64,000 bases of DNA from an uncultured Bacteroidales bacterium (GTDB lineage Bacteria; Bacteroidota; Bacteroidia; Bacteroidales; Muribaculaceae): assembly GCA_905210435.1 (NCBI GenBank), contig CAJLWO010000001.1, positions 42,652 through 106,651 on the forward strand, in the 5' to 3' direction. The notes below the pieces were generated by a model. The model saw only the letters and a program-made list of their open reading frames with translations, searched no databases and was not told where the DNA came from. Made by a program: the position numbers and the translations under genes. Shown here in pieces: positions 29,383 through 39,563 of the stretch. Within the stretch, counting starts at the first letter, position 1. Every line of letters starts with the position of its first letter.

Positions 29383-30393
29383 ATGATAAAAAGCGAACGC
29401 ATAGCGGGGCTTGACACCCTGCGCGGCATTGGTATTCTTGTAGTGGTAATGGTACACGCCGGACTGACGGGGACGGCCGTCAACGGGGCGCTTGTGTTCG
29501 CAGTGCCGCTGTTTTATGTCGTTGCGGGATGCCTCTACCGCGACATGCCGTCGCTGAAGGCATTGCTCGCCGACAAGACGAGACGACTTATCATTCCATT
29601 CCTGTTTTTTGCTCTTGCAGGGCTGACTCTCTACGTGGCGGGAAATTGCGTCATACTCCACAAGTCCTTCAACCCGCATCTGTTCAACATACTCTCGACC
29701 GACAGGTATTACCTCCCCTACCCTGCGGCGCTATGGTTTTTCATGAGCATATTCTGGTGCTATATATTTTACGGCGTGTTGTGCAGGTTCGCCCATACTG
29801 ATGCCGCAAAGGGGATAGCATCTCTGTGCATCGGCGCGGGTGGCTGGATACTCAGCCGGCATGCGGCACTTCCGCTGAGCCTGGATACCGCAATGAGCTG
29901 GTTGCCGTTTTTCTATATCGGCAACATGATAGCGAATCACAGCGTCGGGCAACAACTGTTGAAAGGGAAGTACGCTTTTGCCGGCGCAATCATGGCCGCG
30001 GCATGCTGCGCGCTCCATATTTATGCCGGACTGAATACGGGCTATTGCTATAACCTGTTCGTGGGGAGCATTCCATTGATAATACTGCTGTGCCTCGGAG
30101 CTACCATGGGCATGCTCATGGTATGCTGCAAAATCGGGGAACTGCCGGTGATAAGCTATATCGGCAGGAATTCACTCGTGATTTTCGCCTGCCACCAGCA
30201 TTTCATGATAATAATGGAGCAGGGCATGAAACAGCTCAACATTGCCAACGATGGCAGAATTTTCAACTATATAATATTCGTCGTATCTATCGCCGCAAGT
30301 GCTGGTGCGGCAATATTATTGAGAAAATTCGCTCCGCGTTTAATCGGAGAACGAAAAAAAATACGCATTGACGAATGCACTCAGTTGGCATAA
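29383..30393 (+). CDS. Acyltransferase family 3 membrane protein
   Basis: N-terminal RIAGLDTLRGIGILVVVMVHAG consensus; about 10 TM helices. Confidence 0.7.
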   Translation: MIKSERIAGLDTLRGIGILVVVMVHAGLTGTAVNGALVFAVPLFYVVAGCLYRDMPSLKALLADKTRRLIIPFLFFALAGLTLYVAGNCVILHKSFNPHLFNILSTDRYYLPYPAALWFFMSIFWCYIFYGVLCRFAHTDAAKGIASLCIGAGGWILSRHAALPLSLDTAMSWLPFFYIGNMIANHSVGQQLLKGKYAFAGAIMAAACCALHIYAGLNTGYCYNLFVGSIPLIILLCLGATMGMLMVCCKIGELPVISYIGRNSLVIFACHQHFMIIMEQGMKQLNIANDGRIFNYIIFVVSIAASAGAAILLRKFAPRLIGERKKIRIDECTQLA

Positions 30394-30522
30394 ACAACAC
30401 CCGCAGCGCCTATATAATGCCTAATTTCGCCTCCAAACCATAGACAAAATGCCTAATCTTTGGTATAATACAGAAGAAAAAATCAACTAAATTAATTTTT
30501 TTGAAAAAAATATTCGAAAATA

Positions 30523-30553
30523 TTTGCACAACTCAAAAACCTGTATTACCTTT
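30523..30553 (+). promoter_or_regulatory. Bacteroidetes sigma-AB-type promoter (-33 TTTG / -7 TAccTTTG) for tRNA-Asp
   Basis: TTTG at 30523-30526, 19-bp spacer, TACCTTTG at 30546-30553, about 65 nt upstream of tRNA. Confidence 0.5.
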
Positions 30554-30617
30554 GCAAACGCAAACGGCAAGGAAGTCAACCGAAACGACAGAAAAGCCGA
30601 AACGATCTTTAAAATAC

Positions 30618-30691
30618 GGTGTGGTAGTTCAGCTGGTTAGAATACCTGCCTGTCACGCAGGGGGTCGCGGGTTCGAGTCCCGTCCATACCG
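30618..30691 (+). tRNA. tRNA-Asp (anticodon GTC)
   Basis: Cloverleaf: acceptor GGTGTGG/CCATACC, anticodon loop CTGTCAC, T-loop GGTTCGAGTCC; CCA not encoded. Confidence 0.85.
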
Positions 30692-31037
30692 CCGGAGAGA
30701 GAGGAGAATGAGTAGCATTAGTCTTATAGACTTTGTTGCTCATTCTTTTTTTGTATACACCCCGCAGCATATAGTGGGTCAGATACAATACGGATCAATG
30801 CAAAAACTCAGTTGTTAAAATTCCGACAGCGGAGAGCCGGAGATTATGCTCCTGAAAATGATTTGGGAGGTTGGGCATTTCGGGTGATGATTTTTATTCA
30901 TATTGCTTTTTAACATTTCAACCGGGTTTTGCTACTGACCCAAACTTTCGTTCGTATATTTTGAACTTTGCAGCCCATCTAAAATAAAAAAGTCCGGAAG
31001 GAAAACCTCTCGGACTTTTTTGCTTTTGAGAATTTTG

Positions 31038-31111
31038 TCGGGGTGACTAGACTCGAACTAGCGACCTCACGCCCCCCAGACGCGTACTCTAACCAACTGA
31101 GCTACACCCCG
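31038..31111 (-). tRNA. tRNA-Pro (anticodon GGG, tentative)
   Basis: Reverse complement CGGGGTGTAGCTCAGTTGGTTAGAGTACGCGTCTGGGGGGCGTGAGGTCGCTAGTTCGAGTCTAGTCACCCCGA; acceptor CGGGGTG/CACCCCG; anticodon loop CTGGGGG; -7 box TAacTTTG about 20 nt upstream on minus strand. Confidence 0.7.
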
Positions 31112-31325
31112 ATTGAGCTTCAAAAGCGCTGCAAAGTTAAGCATGTTTTTCATATTTTCCAAATTTTTTAAGCAAATTCTTTCCGTTTTTTTCAAAAAGT
31201 TTTCAACATCATCTGCATATCATTAATATTCAAGCGATTATAATCGGCATATTTTTTATAAGGGCTCGAAGTAGATTATCTCGGGATATTTCATTAATTT
31301 TGCATGAATATTACATACATAAAAC

Positions 31326-32207
31326 ATGATGAAAGAGACAGATATTTGTTGCATCGGCCACATAACTCTTGACAAAATCGTAACACCGCGCATGACTGTG
31401 CATTCGCCCGGCGGCACGGCGTTCTATTTCGCCCACGCCATGAGCAGCCTGCATGCCGACAATTTTCTGCTTGTCACTTCGCTCGCCGAAAGCGAGATGA
31501 AGGCCGTCGACGATATTCGCGCCCTCGGCATAGAGGTGACAGTGCTGCCGAGCCGCAAATCGGTATATTTCGAAAACCGTTACGGCGAGGACCAGAACCA
31601 CCGCACACAGCGTGTGCTTGCCAAGGCTGACCCGTTCACTCCGGAGGGCGTAGCCGGAATCAAGGCCCGCTACTATCATTTGGGGAGCCTGCTCGCCGAC
31701 GATTTTTCAATCGACATAATAAAGGCGCTCAGCGAAAAAGGGATTGTCTCGGTCGACGCGCAGGGCTATCTGCGCGAGGTACGCGGCGACAAGGTATACC
31801 CTGTCGACTGGAGCGACAAACTCGAAGCTCTCAAATATATCGACATACTCAAGGTCAACGAACATGAAGCTGCCGTGCTCACCGGAGCCACCGACCCGCG
31901 CCGCGGCGCCGAAATACTTGCCGGCTGGGGCGTGAAAGAGGTCGTGCTGACGCTCGGAAGCATGGGTTCGGTAATACTCGCCGACGGACGTGCTTACGAA
32001 ATACCGGCATTCACGCCGACCGACATTGTCGACGCCACAGGATGCGGCGACACCTACATGGCCGGCTACCTGTATATGCACAACAAAGGTGCCGGATATG
32101 AGGAAGCGGGACGCTTCGCGGCCGCGATGTGCACCATCAAACTGCAGGCAACCGGACCCTTCCGCTCGTCGACCGCAGAGGTCAGACAGCTCATTGAGAA
32201 AATTTAA
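31326..32207 (+). CDS. PfkB family carbohydrate kinase (ribokinase-like)
   Basis: PfkB signatures GGTAFYFA (site 1) and DATGCGDTYMAGYL (site 2). Confidence 0.75.
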   Translation: MMKETDICCIGHITLDKIVTPRMTVHSPGGTAFYFAHAMSSLHADNFLLVTSLAESEMKAVDDIRALGIEVTVLPSRKSVYFENRYGEDQNHRTQRVLAKADPFTPEGVAGIKARYYHLGSLLADDFSIDIIKALSEKGIVSVDAQGYLREVRGDKVYPVDWSDKLEALKYIDILKVNEHEAAVLTGATDPRRGAEILAGWGVKEVVLTLGSMGSVILADGRAYEIPAFTPTDIVDATGCGDTYMAGYLYMHNKGAGYEEAGRFAAAMCTIKLQATGPFRSSTAEVRQLIEKI

Positions 32208-32246
32208 TCTTTAACCGGAGGGGTGCAAAACTTCCAATATACAGTA

Positions 32247-32365
32247 ATATGATACGCCATCTTGTAGGGCTGCACCCCGGTGCAGCCGCAAAGCAGCTGA
32301 TAATCAGCCTTTACTATCGGCTGCTCCGGGGAGCAGCCCTACATCATGCGACCGTCAACATCAGT
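32247..32365 (+). repeat. Family-1 doubly palindromic REP/MITE-like element, copy A
   Basis: aatatgatacgccatcttgtaggg-GCTGCACCCCGGTGCAGCC-gcaaagcagctgataatcagcc...GGCTGCTCCGGGGAGCAGCC-ctacatcatgcgaccgtcaacatcag; about 90% identical to 59178-59297 and inverted copy 57627-57735. Confidence 0.75.
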
Positions 32366-32412
32366 TATGCAATACCATCCCTCTATAATATCCAAGTAAC
32401 CAAACTGCTATC

Positions 32413-33639
32413 ATGGCTGACATAAAGACACAAGGCGCAAAGCTGATCGACCGGCGGTATCTCGTGCCGTTCATACTCATTGCCTCGCTATTTTTCCTGT
32501 GGGGATTCTCACGTTCGATACTCGACGTGCTCAACAAGCATTTCCAGGATGTCATGTCGCTGTCGAAAACCGAATCGGCGCTGATACAGGTGGCCGTCTA
32601 CTCGGCATATTTCCTGATGGCGCTCCCGGCGGGATTCTTTATAATGAGGAAAGGCTACCGCAGCGGCGTCGTGTTCGGACTGCTGCTTTTCGCCGCGGGG
32701 GCGTTCATGTTCATCCCCGGCGAGCTGTGCGGCTCGTTCGGCATATTCCTGACGGCACTGTTCGTGCTCGGGTGCGGACTCGCCTTTCTCGAGACTGCCG
32801 CCAACCCGTATGCCGCGGGGTTGGGCGATCCGACAACGAGCGCAAGCCGACTCAACTTAGCTCAGTCGCTCAACGGTATGGGCTGCATATTCGGCCCGCT
32901 TATTTTCGGACAGATACTGTTCGGCAAGGAGGGAGCGGAGAGCGACGCGCAGCTGGCGCTCCCCTACAGCATACTCGGCGTCATAGTGATAATCGCGGCC
33001 GTCATATTCACCCGCGTGAAGCTGCCTGAAATCAAAAGCGAGGACACTCCCGTAGAAAAGGGCGACCGTCAAGCCATCAGGAGCCTGTGGCGACGTCCGC
33101 TGTTCGTATTCGGCCTCGCCGCGATATTCTGCTACGAGATTTCCGAGATAGCCATCAACAGTTTCTTCATCAATTTTGTGACCGACGACAGCAGCATATC
33201 CAACGACACGGCGTCGAAGATGCTCTCGATATGCGGGCTCGGGCTATTTTTCACGGGACGCCTGATAGGCAGCCGCGTTATGAGCCGGATACGCGCCGAG
33301 AAGGTACTGCTGGTGTGCGCATGCTGCACGGTGGCGTGCACACTGACGGTGATACTCGCCGGCGGCATCGTGTCGATTGTGGCGCTCTGCGCGTGCTATC
33401 TGTTCGAGTCAATCATGTTCCCCACCATATTCGCGCTGTCGCTCAGCGGGCTCGGCAACCTCACAAAGTTGGGTTCGTCGTTCCTGATGATGAGTCCTAT
33501 CGGCGGCGCCATAGGCACACTCACGATGGGCTACATAGCCGACCGCGCAGGCATGTCGCTGTCATTCTTAGTGCCGATGGCCGGCTACGGCGTAGTGCTC
33601 CTTTTCGCGCTCTACTACACCCGCCGCCATCGCGCATGA
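32413..33639 (+). CDS. MFS sugar permease of the L-fucose:H+ symporter (FucP/GluP) family
   Basis: 408 aa, 12 TM; N-terminal RRYLVPFILIASLFFLWGFSRSILDVLNKHFQ typical of FucP family. Confidence 0.7.
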   Translation: MADIKTQGAKLIDRRYLVPFILIASLFFLWGFSRSILDVLNKHFQDVMSLSKTESALIQVAVYSAYFLMALPAGFFIMRKGYRSGVVFGLLLFAAGAFMFIPGELCGSFGIFLTALFVLGCGLAFLETAANPYAAGLGDPTTSASRLNLAQSLNGMGCIFGPLIFGQILFGKEGAESDAQLALPYSILGVIVIIAAVIFTRVKLPEIKSEDTPVEKGDRQAIRSLWRRPLFVFGLAAIFCYEISEIAINSFFINFVTDDSSISNDTASKMLSICGLGLFFTGRLIGSRVMSRIRAEKVLLVCACCTVACTLTVILAGGIVSIVALCACYLFESIMFPTIFALSLSGLGNLTKLGSSFLMMSPIGGAIGTLTMGYIADRAGMSLSFLVPMAGYGVVLLFALYYTRRHRA

Positions 33640-33832
33640 CAAGCCGCCTATTTATAACAAAAGGACAAAAGAGTCAACAACAGAACATTATTTATACTTA
33701 GGGGAGGGATTGCGTCTGTTGTTTTTTATTTAAACAAAAGAACAAAGGAACTGGAGTGCTGACTACGAAACAAAATCTATTTTTGTGCTTTTGTTACGGC
33801 TTTTGTACTATTGTTTATATTAATGCGATTGA

Positions 33833-34726
33833 CTATCTGTTTTTAAGGCCGAGGACGGTGAATTGGAGGAGGGGTTTGGCTATGCGGAGCGTCGGCCGGT
33901 AGCGCAATGAGCGGCACAACGCGCGGAATGCTCCGCCATACATCCTGTGGGCCAGACAGCGGCTCATGCGCATGTTGTACCATAGGGCAAGGTAGCGTTT
34001 CAATCCCGGAGTGTTTTTATTTTCGCGGTAAAGCAGTTCGAGTTGACGACCCACTTCGTCGACAGCCTCGGGCGGACGGGGATTGCTGAAACCGCGGTGA
34101 TATACCGCCGACGGCTCCGTGCAATACGCTATGCCGTAACGTGAGGCGAGGCGTGCCCACGTCAGCAGGTCCTCCCCCGACTTTATACCTTCGGGAAATC
34201 CCCCTACCGCCTGCAGCGCATCGCGGCGAGCCATCACCGCCGACGTCCACAGCGGAGGATTCGACTCCGCAGCCATCACGAAGTAATTGTCGATAACGCC
34301 GGTGTCGCCCGTGAACGGGAGGCGCGACAGCCGGTTGGGCACAATGCGCCCGTCGGCCATCAGATTCTCATAGTTTGTTGCGAATACCGCGCACTGAGGG
34401 TAGTTTCGGGCAAGCGCGGCAAGTGCCTGCAAGTGACCGGGACGCCACTCGTCGTCGGCGTCAAGAAATGTGACATATTCGCCGCGTGCCTCGGCTATGC
34501 CGCGGTTGCGCGCCGCCCCCACCCCGGCATTATCTTGCGGGATGACGCGGAGCATGTCGAGGCCATGTACGGCGGCGTAGCGGCGCACCACCTCCGCGCT
34601 GTCGTCGGTCGAACCGTCGTCGACCACGACGACCTCGCAATCGTGGAAATCCTGCGCCACAATCGAGCCGAGAGAGCGCTCTACGAGTTTCGCTTTGTTA
34701 TAAAGCGGTATTACGATGGATATCAT
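33833..34726 (-). CDS. Glycosyltransferase family 2
   Basis: MISIVIPLYNKAKLVERSLGSIVAQDF...VVVDDGSTDDS and DADDE (DXD) motifs; start set at MISIVIP (34726) rather than ORF start 34804. Confidence 0.8.
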   Translation of the reverse strand: MISIVIPLYNKAKLVERSLGSIVAQDFHDCEVVVVDDGSTDDSAEVVRRYAAVHGLDMLRVIPQDNAGVGAARNRGIAEARGEYVTFLDADDEWRPGHLQALAALARNYPQCAVFATNYENLMADGRIVPNRLSRLPFTGDTGVIDNYFVMAAESNPPLWTSAVMARRDALQAVGGFPEGIKSGEDLLTWARLASRYGIAYCTEPSAVYHRGFSNPRPPEAVDEVGRQLELLYRENKNTPGLKRYLALWYNMRMSRCLAHRMYGGAFRALCRSLRYRPTLRIAKPLLQFTVLGLKNR

Positions 34727-34777
34727 ATGCACAAATTTAGTAATTTTGCAGGAATTTTTGAAAGAGGACTGATAAAT

Positions 34778-35704
34778 ATGAGTGACTTTAACCTGAAAGG
34801 GCATCTGGCGATGTTCGGTGCCAATCTGACATGGGGACTCATGTCGCCCGTAGTGAAAATAGTGCTTGCATCGGGCACGGTGGCGCCGATGCTTCTTGTC
34901 GATTTCCGCATGGCCGGAGCGGCGGCGCTGTTCTGGCTTACATCATTGTTTCTGCCCCGCGAACATGTGCCTGCGCGCGACAAACTGCTGCTGTGCGGCG
35001 CCGGAATGCTCGGCATACTTTTCAATCAGGGTTGCTTCATACTCGGAGTGAGCATGACTACGCCGAGCGAGGCGAGCCTCGTGACTACCACCATGCCGAT
35101 GTGGGTGATGCTGCTGGCATGGCTGATACTGCGCGAACCTATCAGCCTGAAAAAGGCTGGAGGCATAGCGGTCGGAGCGACCGGAGCGCTTATACTGATG
35201 CTCGGCAGCCCGTCGCAAAGCGCCACGGCCTCCAATCCGCTCTTGGGCGATGTCATAGTGCTTACGGCGCAGCTCAGTTTCGCGCTCTACCTCACCCTCT
35301 ACCGCAACTTCATACGCAAATATTCGCTCGTGACGCTGATGAAGTGGATGTTTCTGTCGGCCACGGTGATTTCACTGCCCGTGAGCATCCCCGTTGTGCT
35401 GAGCACGTCGTGGGGCGCAATCAGCGCCGTGGAATGGTGCGGAGCAGCCGCAGTGGTAGTGTTTGCGACCTACCTTGCCTACATCGGAGTGATGACCGGC
35501 CAAAAACTTCTGCGCCCCACCGTCGTAGGCATCTACAACTACCTCCAGCCCATCGTAGCCACCATAGTAGGCATAACCCTCGGCATGGACAGCTTCACAC
35601 TGATAAAAGGCATAGCAGTAATCCTGATATTCAGCGGCGTATGGCTCGTAACAACAAGCCGCGCCCTCCCCACCGACCGACCCTCCGCACCTAAAGCAGC
35701 ATAA
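34778..35704 (+). CDS. DMT superfamily (EamA-like) transporter
   Basis: 10 TM, two EamA repeats; ORF track extends to 34433 only as antisense of GT2 gene; true start MSDFNLKG at 34778. Confidence 0.7.
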   Translation: MSDFNLKGHLAMFGANLTWGLMSPVVKIVLASGTVAPMLLVDFRMAGAAALFWLTSLFLPREHVPARDKLLLCGAGMLGILFNQGCFILGVSMTTPSEASLVTTTMPMWVMLLAWLILREPISLKKAGGIAVGATGALILMLGSPSQSATASNPLLGDVIVLTAQLSFALYLTLYRNFIRKYSLVTLMKWMFLSATVISLPVSIPVVLSTSWGAISAVEWCGAAAVVVFATYLAYIGVMTGQKLLRPTVVGIYNYLQPIVATIVGITLGMDSFTLIKGIAVILIFSGVWLVTTSRALPTDRPSAPKAA

Positions 35705-35850
35705 AATAAACAAAAACACAAAGGCCTTGACAAAGGAATAAAAATTTTATTGTGTTTTTGTATACGGATACTCATCAAAAACGCCTTAGATACGCTATAT
35801 AAGATACGAGATTTTTACTATCCCGATCCTTCGTCCTTACTGTTCTAAGG

Positions 35851-37290
35851 TCAGTTTTCAACTTTCCAATATCCCCCTTTTGAGCCCCCGACTCTCTCTA
35901 ATAGACCTTCTGATTTCAGTTTTTCTATATGGAATTGAACAGTCGACGTTGTGATATGTAAAGTTTCAGCAAGTTCATTCCTTGTAATCCTGGGATTTTC
36001 GCATATTAATTTCAATAATCTTTCCCGGGTCGGCAACTTTTTCTGACCGATTTTCTGACCGATTTTCTGACCGATTTTCTGACCGATGATAGGTCTGAAA
36101 TATGTGATTGTGGAAGTCGCCATGTCACTTTCAATCTCAACTTTTTCTCCCGTCAGGGATTCCCATTTCTTTATGCGGCCTATTCCGTAACCTGCATTTT
36201 CTGCCAAACGCGCATAACGAAAGAACATGATTATATTGGGATTACGTGGTATTGATTTAATCTTCTTGACATTTCCGGTTAGAGCCACAGGGAATTGCCC
36301 GGGGTTCTGAAATTCGATTTTATCATTGTAGATAGTGACAGATGAATGCATCGGACCAAAATAATCGGCATGTGCCAAAAGATTTATCAATCCCTCGCGA
36401 AGACTGTACAATTGAGAGTTGTCTTCAGGAGAAAAACCGTCAGGTCCTGGCATGAACGGATTGTCAGCAAAAGACCGTAGCCGTTGTATGAGCATCTGAA
36501 AGTATTCCCAGATGTTCTCCTGTTCCGGCATACGATAGGTATAGCGCACTTCCGCATCATCGTAGGAACTACCGGGAATCTCTCGGTAATCAATCCAAAA
36601 ATGGCGAAGATGTTTGATTATAACATTCCTGCGTCCAAAAGTCAACAATCCGCCAAAGGTCAGCACCCCATTGTCAGCTATGCCTGTCCGTTCACAAAAC
36701 TCATCATGACCTAACGAATTGAACTCCAGTTCCGGATTGAACCGTTGCAACCGACGACGGTAAGTTTCGATTGAATTAGCATTTAAGTCATTTAAAGACG
36801 TGCCCGGAACTGCCATTTCAGACTTACATCCAAACGTTTTCTCTCTGAGCAATATACCAATCTCGATATCGGTTGCACGTTGATCACCGCTACCCACACG
36901 GATATAGGTATTAGACAGGTTATTGTTCATATACACAGGCTTGCTGTCACTTGGTGGTATATATACGGCAAAAACTATATTCCCATCAAAGTCCATTCGG
37001 TCTATTCTTGCCAATATGGGAACATTAAACTTTGACGTCGAACGTAGAATTGCAGCCAAGTCTTGTTCCATCTTTTCCGGCTTGTCCACACCAACAATCT
37101 CAAACGTAGAAATCCTCTTCCCTTTTTCCTCGTGTACGCCGAGAATTATCCAGCCCCCTGCGGTGTTGGAAAAAGCACTTACAGTTTCCCACATGGATTT
37201 AGGGAGACCACCCGAGGCCTCCTTTACCTCAAAGTCATTCCATTCTATATCGTTGAGCCTTTGCCGCAGTTCTTCTTTTGTCATCTCCAT
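35851..37290 (-). CDS. COG2865-type putative regulator/ATP-binding protein: AlbA_2 (Schlafen-like) domain + GHKL-like HATPase_c_4 domain + C-terminal winged HTH
   Basis: N-terminal LPKSMWETVSAFSNTAGGWIILGV (AlbA_2/Schlafen box); C-terminal ELAETLHITTSTVQFHIEKLKSEGLLERVG HTH; gene much more AT-rich than flanks; contains IGQK x4 repeat. Confidence 0.65.
   Translation of the reverse strand: MEMTKEELRQRLNDIEWNDFEVKEASGGLPKSMWETVSAFSNTAGGWIILGVHEEKGKRISTFEIVGVDKPEKMEQDLAAILRSTSKFNVPILARIDRMDFDGNIVFAVYIPPSDSKPVYMNNNLSNTYIRVGSGDQRATDIEIGILLREKTFGCKSEMAVPGTSLNDLNANSIETYRRRLQRFNPELEFNSLGHDEFCERTGIADNGVLTFGGLLTFGRRNVIIKHLRHFWIDYREIPGSSYDDAEVRYTYRMPEQENIWEYFQMLIQRLRSFADNPFMPGPDGFSPEDNSQLYSLREGLINLLAHADYFGPMHSSVTIYNDKIEFQNPGQFPVALTGNVKKIKSIPRNPNIIMFFRYARLAENAGYGIGRIKKWESLTGEKVEIESDMATSTITYFRPIIGQKIGQKIGQKIGQKKLPTRERLLKLICENPRITRNELAETLHITTSTVQFHIEKLKSEGLLERVGGSKGGYWKVEN
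36043..36090. repeat. Perfect 12-bp tandem repeat x4 inside COG2865 gene (encodes IGQK x4)
   Basis: ttttctgaccga repeated four times exactly, in frame. Confidence 0.9.
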
Positions 37291-37469
37291 ATTTCCTTTC
37301 GACGCAAAATTACGAATTTTTCGGAAGATATAACGTAAGTCTCTGATTTTATTAGTAAGTTATGCGACTGAATGGCAGAAAAAAACGAAGACACAAAAGC
37401 CATGACAAAAGATTGTACTTTTGCCTTGGCTTTTGTGCCTTTGTTTAGATAATTATACTGCGCTATACG

Positions 37470-39539
37470 TTATTTCCAGTCGGCGTCCTCGCCGTTGGCG
37501 AACCATGTGCAGCTCTTGTATTGGAACTGGCCTTTGCCGGTGACGGTGTAGACCACGGTCTCTACCGAGCGGGCGCCGGTGTAGGCGGTGAAGTTGACGG
37601 TATAGGTCACTTCCATGCCGTCGACGGGCACTGCGTCGGGATTAAGCTGTGCGAGTACGGCGGGCATTGTCTCGAGGCAGAAACGTTTCTGCATGAGGGC
37701 GGTCACCTCGTCGTCGGTGTACTCTTCGTAGAGTTCGGGGAACTTGCTCTTGGCGTTGGCACCGCGTATGTCGACGTTGCAGTAATAGAACGATGTGCCG
37801 GAATAGAATTCCGAATTACCGTATTTCACATCCATGTAGGGACCGTCCTTAAGCGATACGCCACCCATAGGCTTGGAAATATTCTCGAACACCCACTCTA
37901 CGGCGGCAGTGTAGTACGTAACGGAAGGCTCGGTACGGCTTTCGGGGAGCGTGATGACTACCGACGGGTCATAGAGCCAGAAACCGTTGCGCTTTACAAA
38001 CTGCGAAGTGGTCTCGCCGGCGTTGACCACCCATTCGGTGCCGTTGAAGATATACTGTGCGGCCTGATAAGAGGCACCGGAACCGTTATAGTAGTTGTAG
38101 GCTACGACGATCTCATCTTCGGCGGCAGCGTATGGATATTTGTTTTTAAGGTAGACGGGAAGAAGCTCGGCGGGAAGAGTTCCCGAGAGATTTCCGTAAG
38201 TCTGTCCCATGGCCTTGTAGTCGGCAGGCTGGAGCACTTCGACTCCGGTCATCGACAACCACGATGTGCCGTCGAAATACAGGATGGCATTTTTGACCGT
38301 AGTGGAAACTTCATTGACAGGAGCACGATGTACGGGAGCACCCGAAGCATTGGCGGCATTCTCAACCGACGTGATTACGACGTTGAAGAATTTGCCCGAT
38401 GAAACCGACGCGAAATATCCGCGGACAATATAAGTCTCGCCGGCTGTAATCTGGTCGCGTATGAACTGCGGCACCTGATAACCGCTTCCCTGTGCGGTCG
38501 AAGCGCCGTCGACAGCGAAGTTATAATAGTTGCCGCTGACGGATGCCTTGCCGGTGAACTGCACATACTGCGCAAGCTCGTTGCCGGTACGTGCCACTGC
38601 CTCGTCCATCATGGCGCCGGTGTAGACCACGGGAGCGGGATAGGTGTATTCGCCCGTTCCCTCTACCGTATAGCTCTCTTCGGTAATTGCAATCTGCAGG
38701 CCTTTGCCGTATGACCCCACCTCGCCGCTAAGCGAAATCTGGTTGCCTACCGCAACAGAAGCCACATCAAAGCCCGAAGCCTGGTAGCAAAGGATAGAGC
38801 CGGAGTTGTCGGTAAGGATAAAACCGCGGTTGTTGACAGCGGTGATATATCCCTTGATGTCGACCGCGTCACCCTCGGCTGCGGAGCCTATGACCGAAGT
38901 CGGCTCGAACGACGGTTCGGGGACATCCGGGTCGCCGCCGATTGTGCCGAAAATCGGGTTTTCGGAAGCCTCGTTGTAAGTCACGACTGCATACTGTCCG
39001 GCTTCGGCATCGGGGAACTCAGCTTTGAGGATACCGTTGACTGTACGCGACGAGAACGGATGTGAGGGCGAAAAAGCATTGATGTAGTTGTCATCGCTGC
39101 CCCATATCGTCATGTAATCGTCTTCCGAGAGGGTCAGCAGCTCCACTCCCTTATTGATAAGGAGTACGCTCTGCGGACGGTTGGCGGCTACGTTGTATGT
39201 CACCTTGACAGCCGAACCGTTGGAGAGGGCGAAGAAATTGTTGGTCGAGTCGCGCAGTATCGCAGGGATAAACTGACGAGCCTCGGCGTCGGTAGTAAAT
39301 GAATTTGTAGCGGCAATCAGCGCTCTCTCCTCCTGGGTGCCTATTGAAGTATAAGGCGCCTGGTTCAGGATTTTGGTATAGTCGGCAACAGTGAGAGTAT
39401 AGTTTAACGTCTCTACCGACGTGCCCGGTTCCGGCACTTCGAAACCGTCGAGTTTATCGTTCCAGTCGTTCTCGTCGCAACCGGCGAGGAGTGCCACGGC
39501 GCCGAGAGCAAGGAAACTGTGTTTTATAATTGTATTCAT
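37470..39539 (-). CDS. Large surface lipoprotein of unknown function, partner of upstream TonB-dependent receptor
   Basis: Signal peptide with lipobox LLAGCDEN; 689 aa; no motif I can assign; 24-nt gap to receptor gene. Confidence 0.45.
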   Translation of the reverse strand: MNTIIKHSFLALGAVALLAGCDENDWNDKLDGFEVPEPGTSVETLNYTLTVADYTKILNQAPYTSIGTQEERALIAATNSFTTDAEARQFIPAILRDSTNNFFALSNGSAVKVTYNVAANRPQSVLLINKGVELLTLSEDDYMTIWGSDDNYINAFSPSHPFSSRTVNGILKAEFPDAEAGQYAVVTYNEASENPIFGTIGGDPDVPEPSFEPTSVIGSAAEGDAVDIKGYITAVNNRGFILTDNSGSILCYQASGFDVASVAVGNQISLSGEVGSYGKGLQIAITEESYTVEGTGEYTYPAPVVYTGAMMDEAVARTGNELAQYVQFTGKASVSGNYYNFAVDGASTAQGSGYQVPQFIRDQITAGETYIVRGYFASVSSGKFFNVVITSVENAANASGAPVHRAPVNEVSTTVKNAILYFDGTSWLSMTGVEVLQPADYKAMGQTYGNLSGTLPAELLPVYLKNKYPYAAAEDEIVVAYNYYNGSGASYQAAQYIFNGTEWVVNAGETTSQFVKRNGFWLYDPSVVITLPESRTEPSVTYYTAAVEWVFENISKPMGGVSLKDGPYMDVKYGNSEFYSGTSFYYCNVDIRGANAKSKFPELYEEYTDDEVTALMQKRFCLETMPAVLAQLNPDAVPVDGMEVTYTVNFTAYTGARSVETVVYTVTGKGQFQYKSCTWFANGEDADWK

Positions 39540-39563
39540 ATTGTTATTTTATTGGGAGGTGAA

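Noticed and set aside
30692-30706. 12-mer cggagagagagg immediately after tRNA-Asp, identical to the sequence at the 3' end of tRNA-Ser (53102-53114)
   Set aside because: It could hint at an att-like site. However the match is short and low-complexity (GA repeat), the intervening 22 kb contains housekeeping genes, and no second island boundary is evident. Treated as probable coincidence; a genome-wide search for the 13-mer would settle it.
34433-34777. N-terminal 115 codons of the 423-aa ORF 34433..35704
   Set aside because: This part is antisense to the GT2 gene; the conserved EamA transporter begins at MSDFNLKG (34778).
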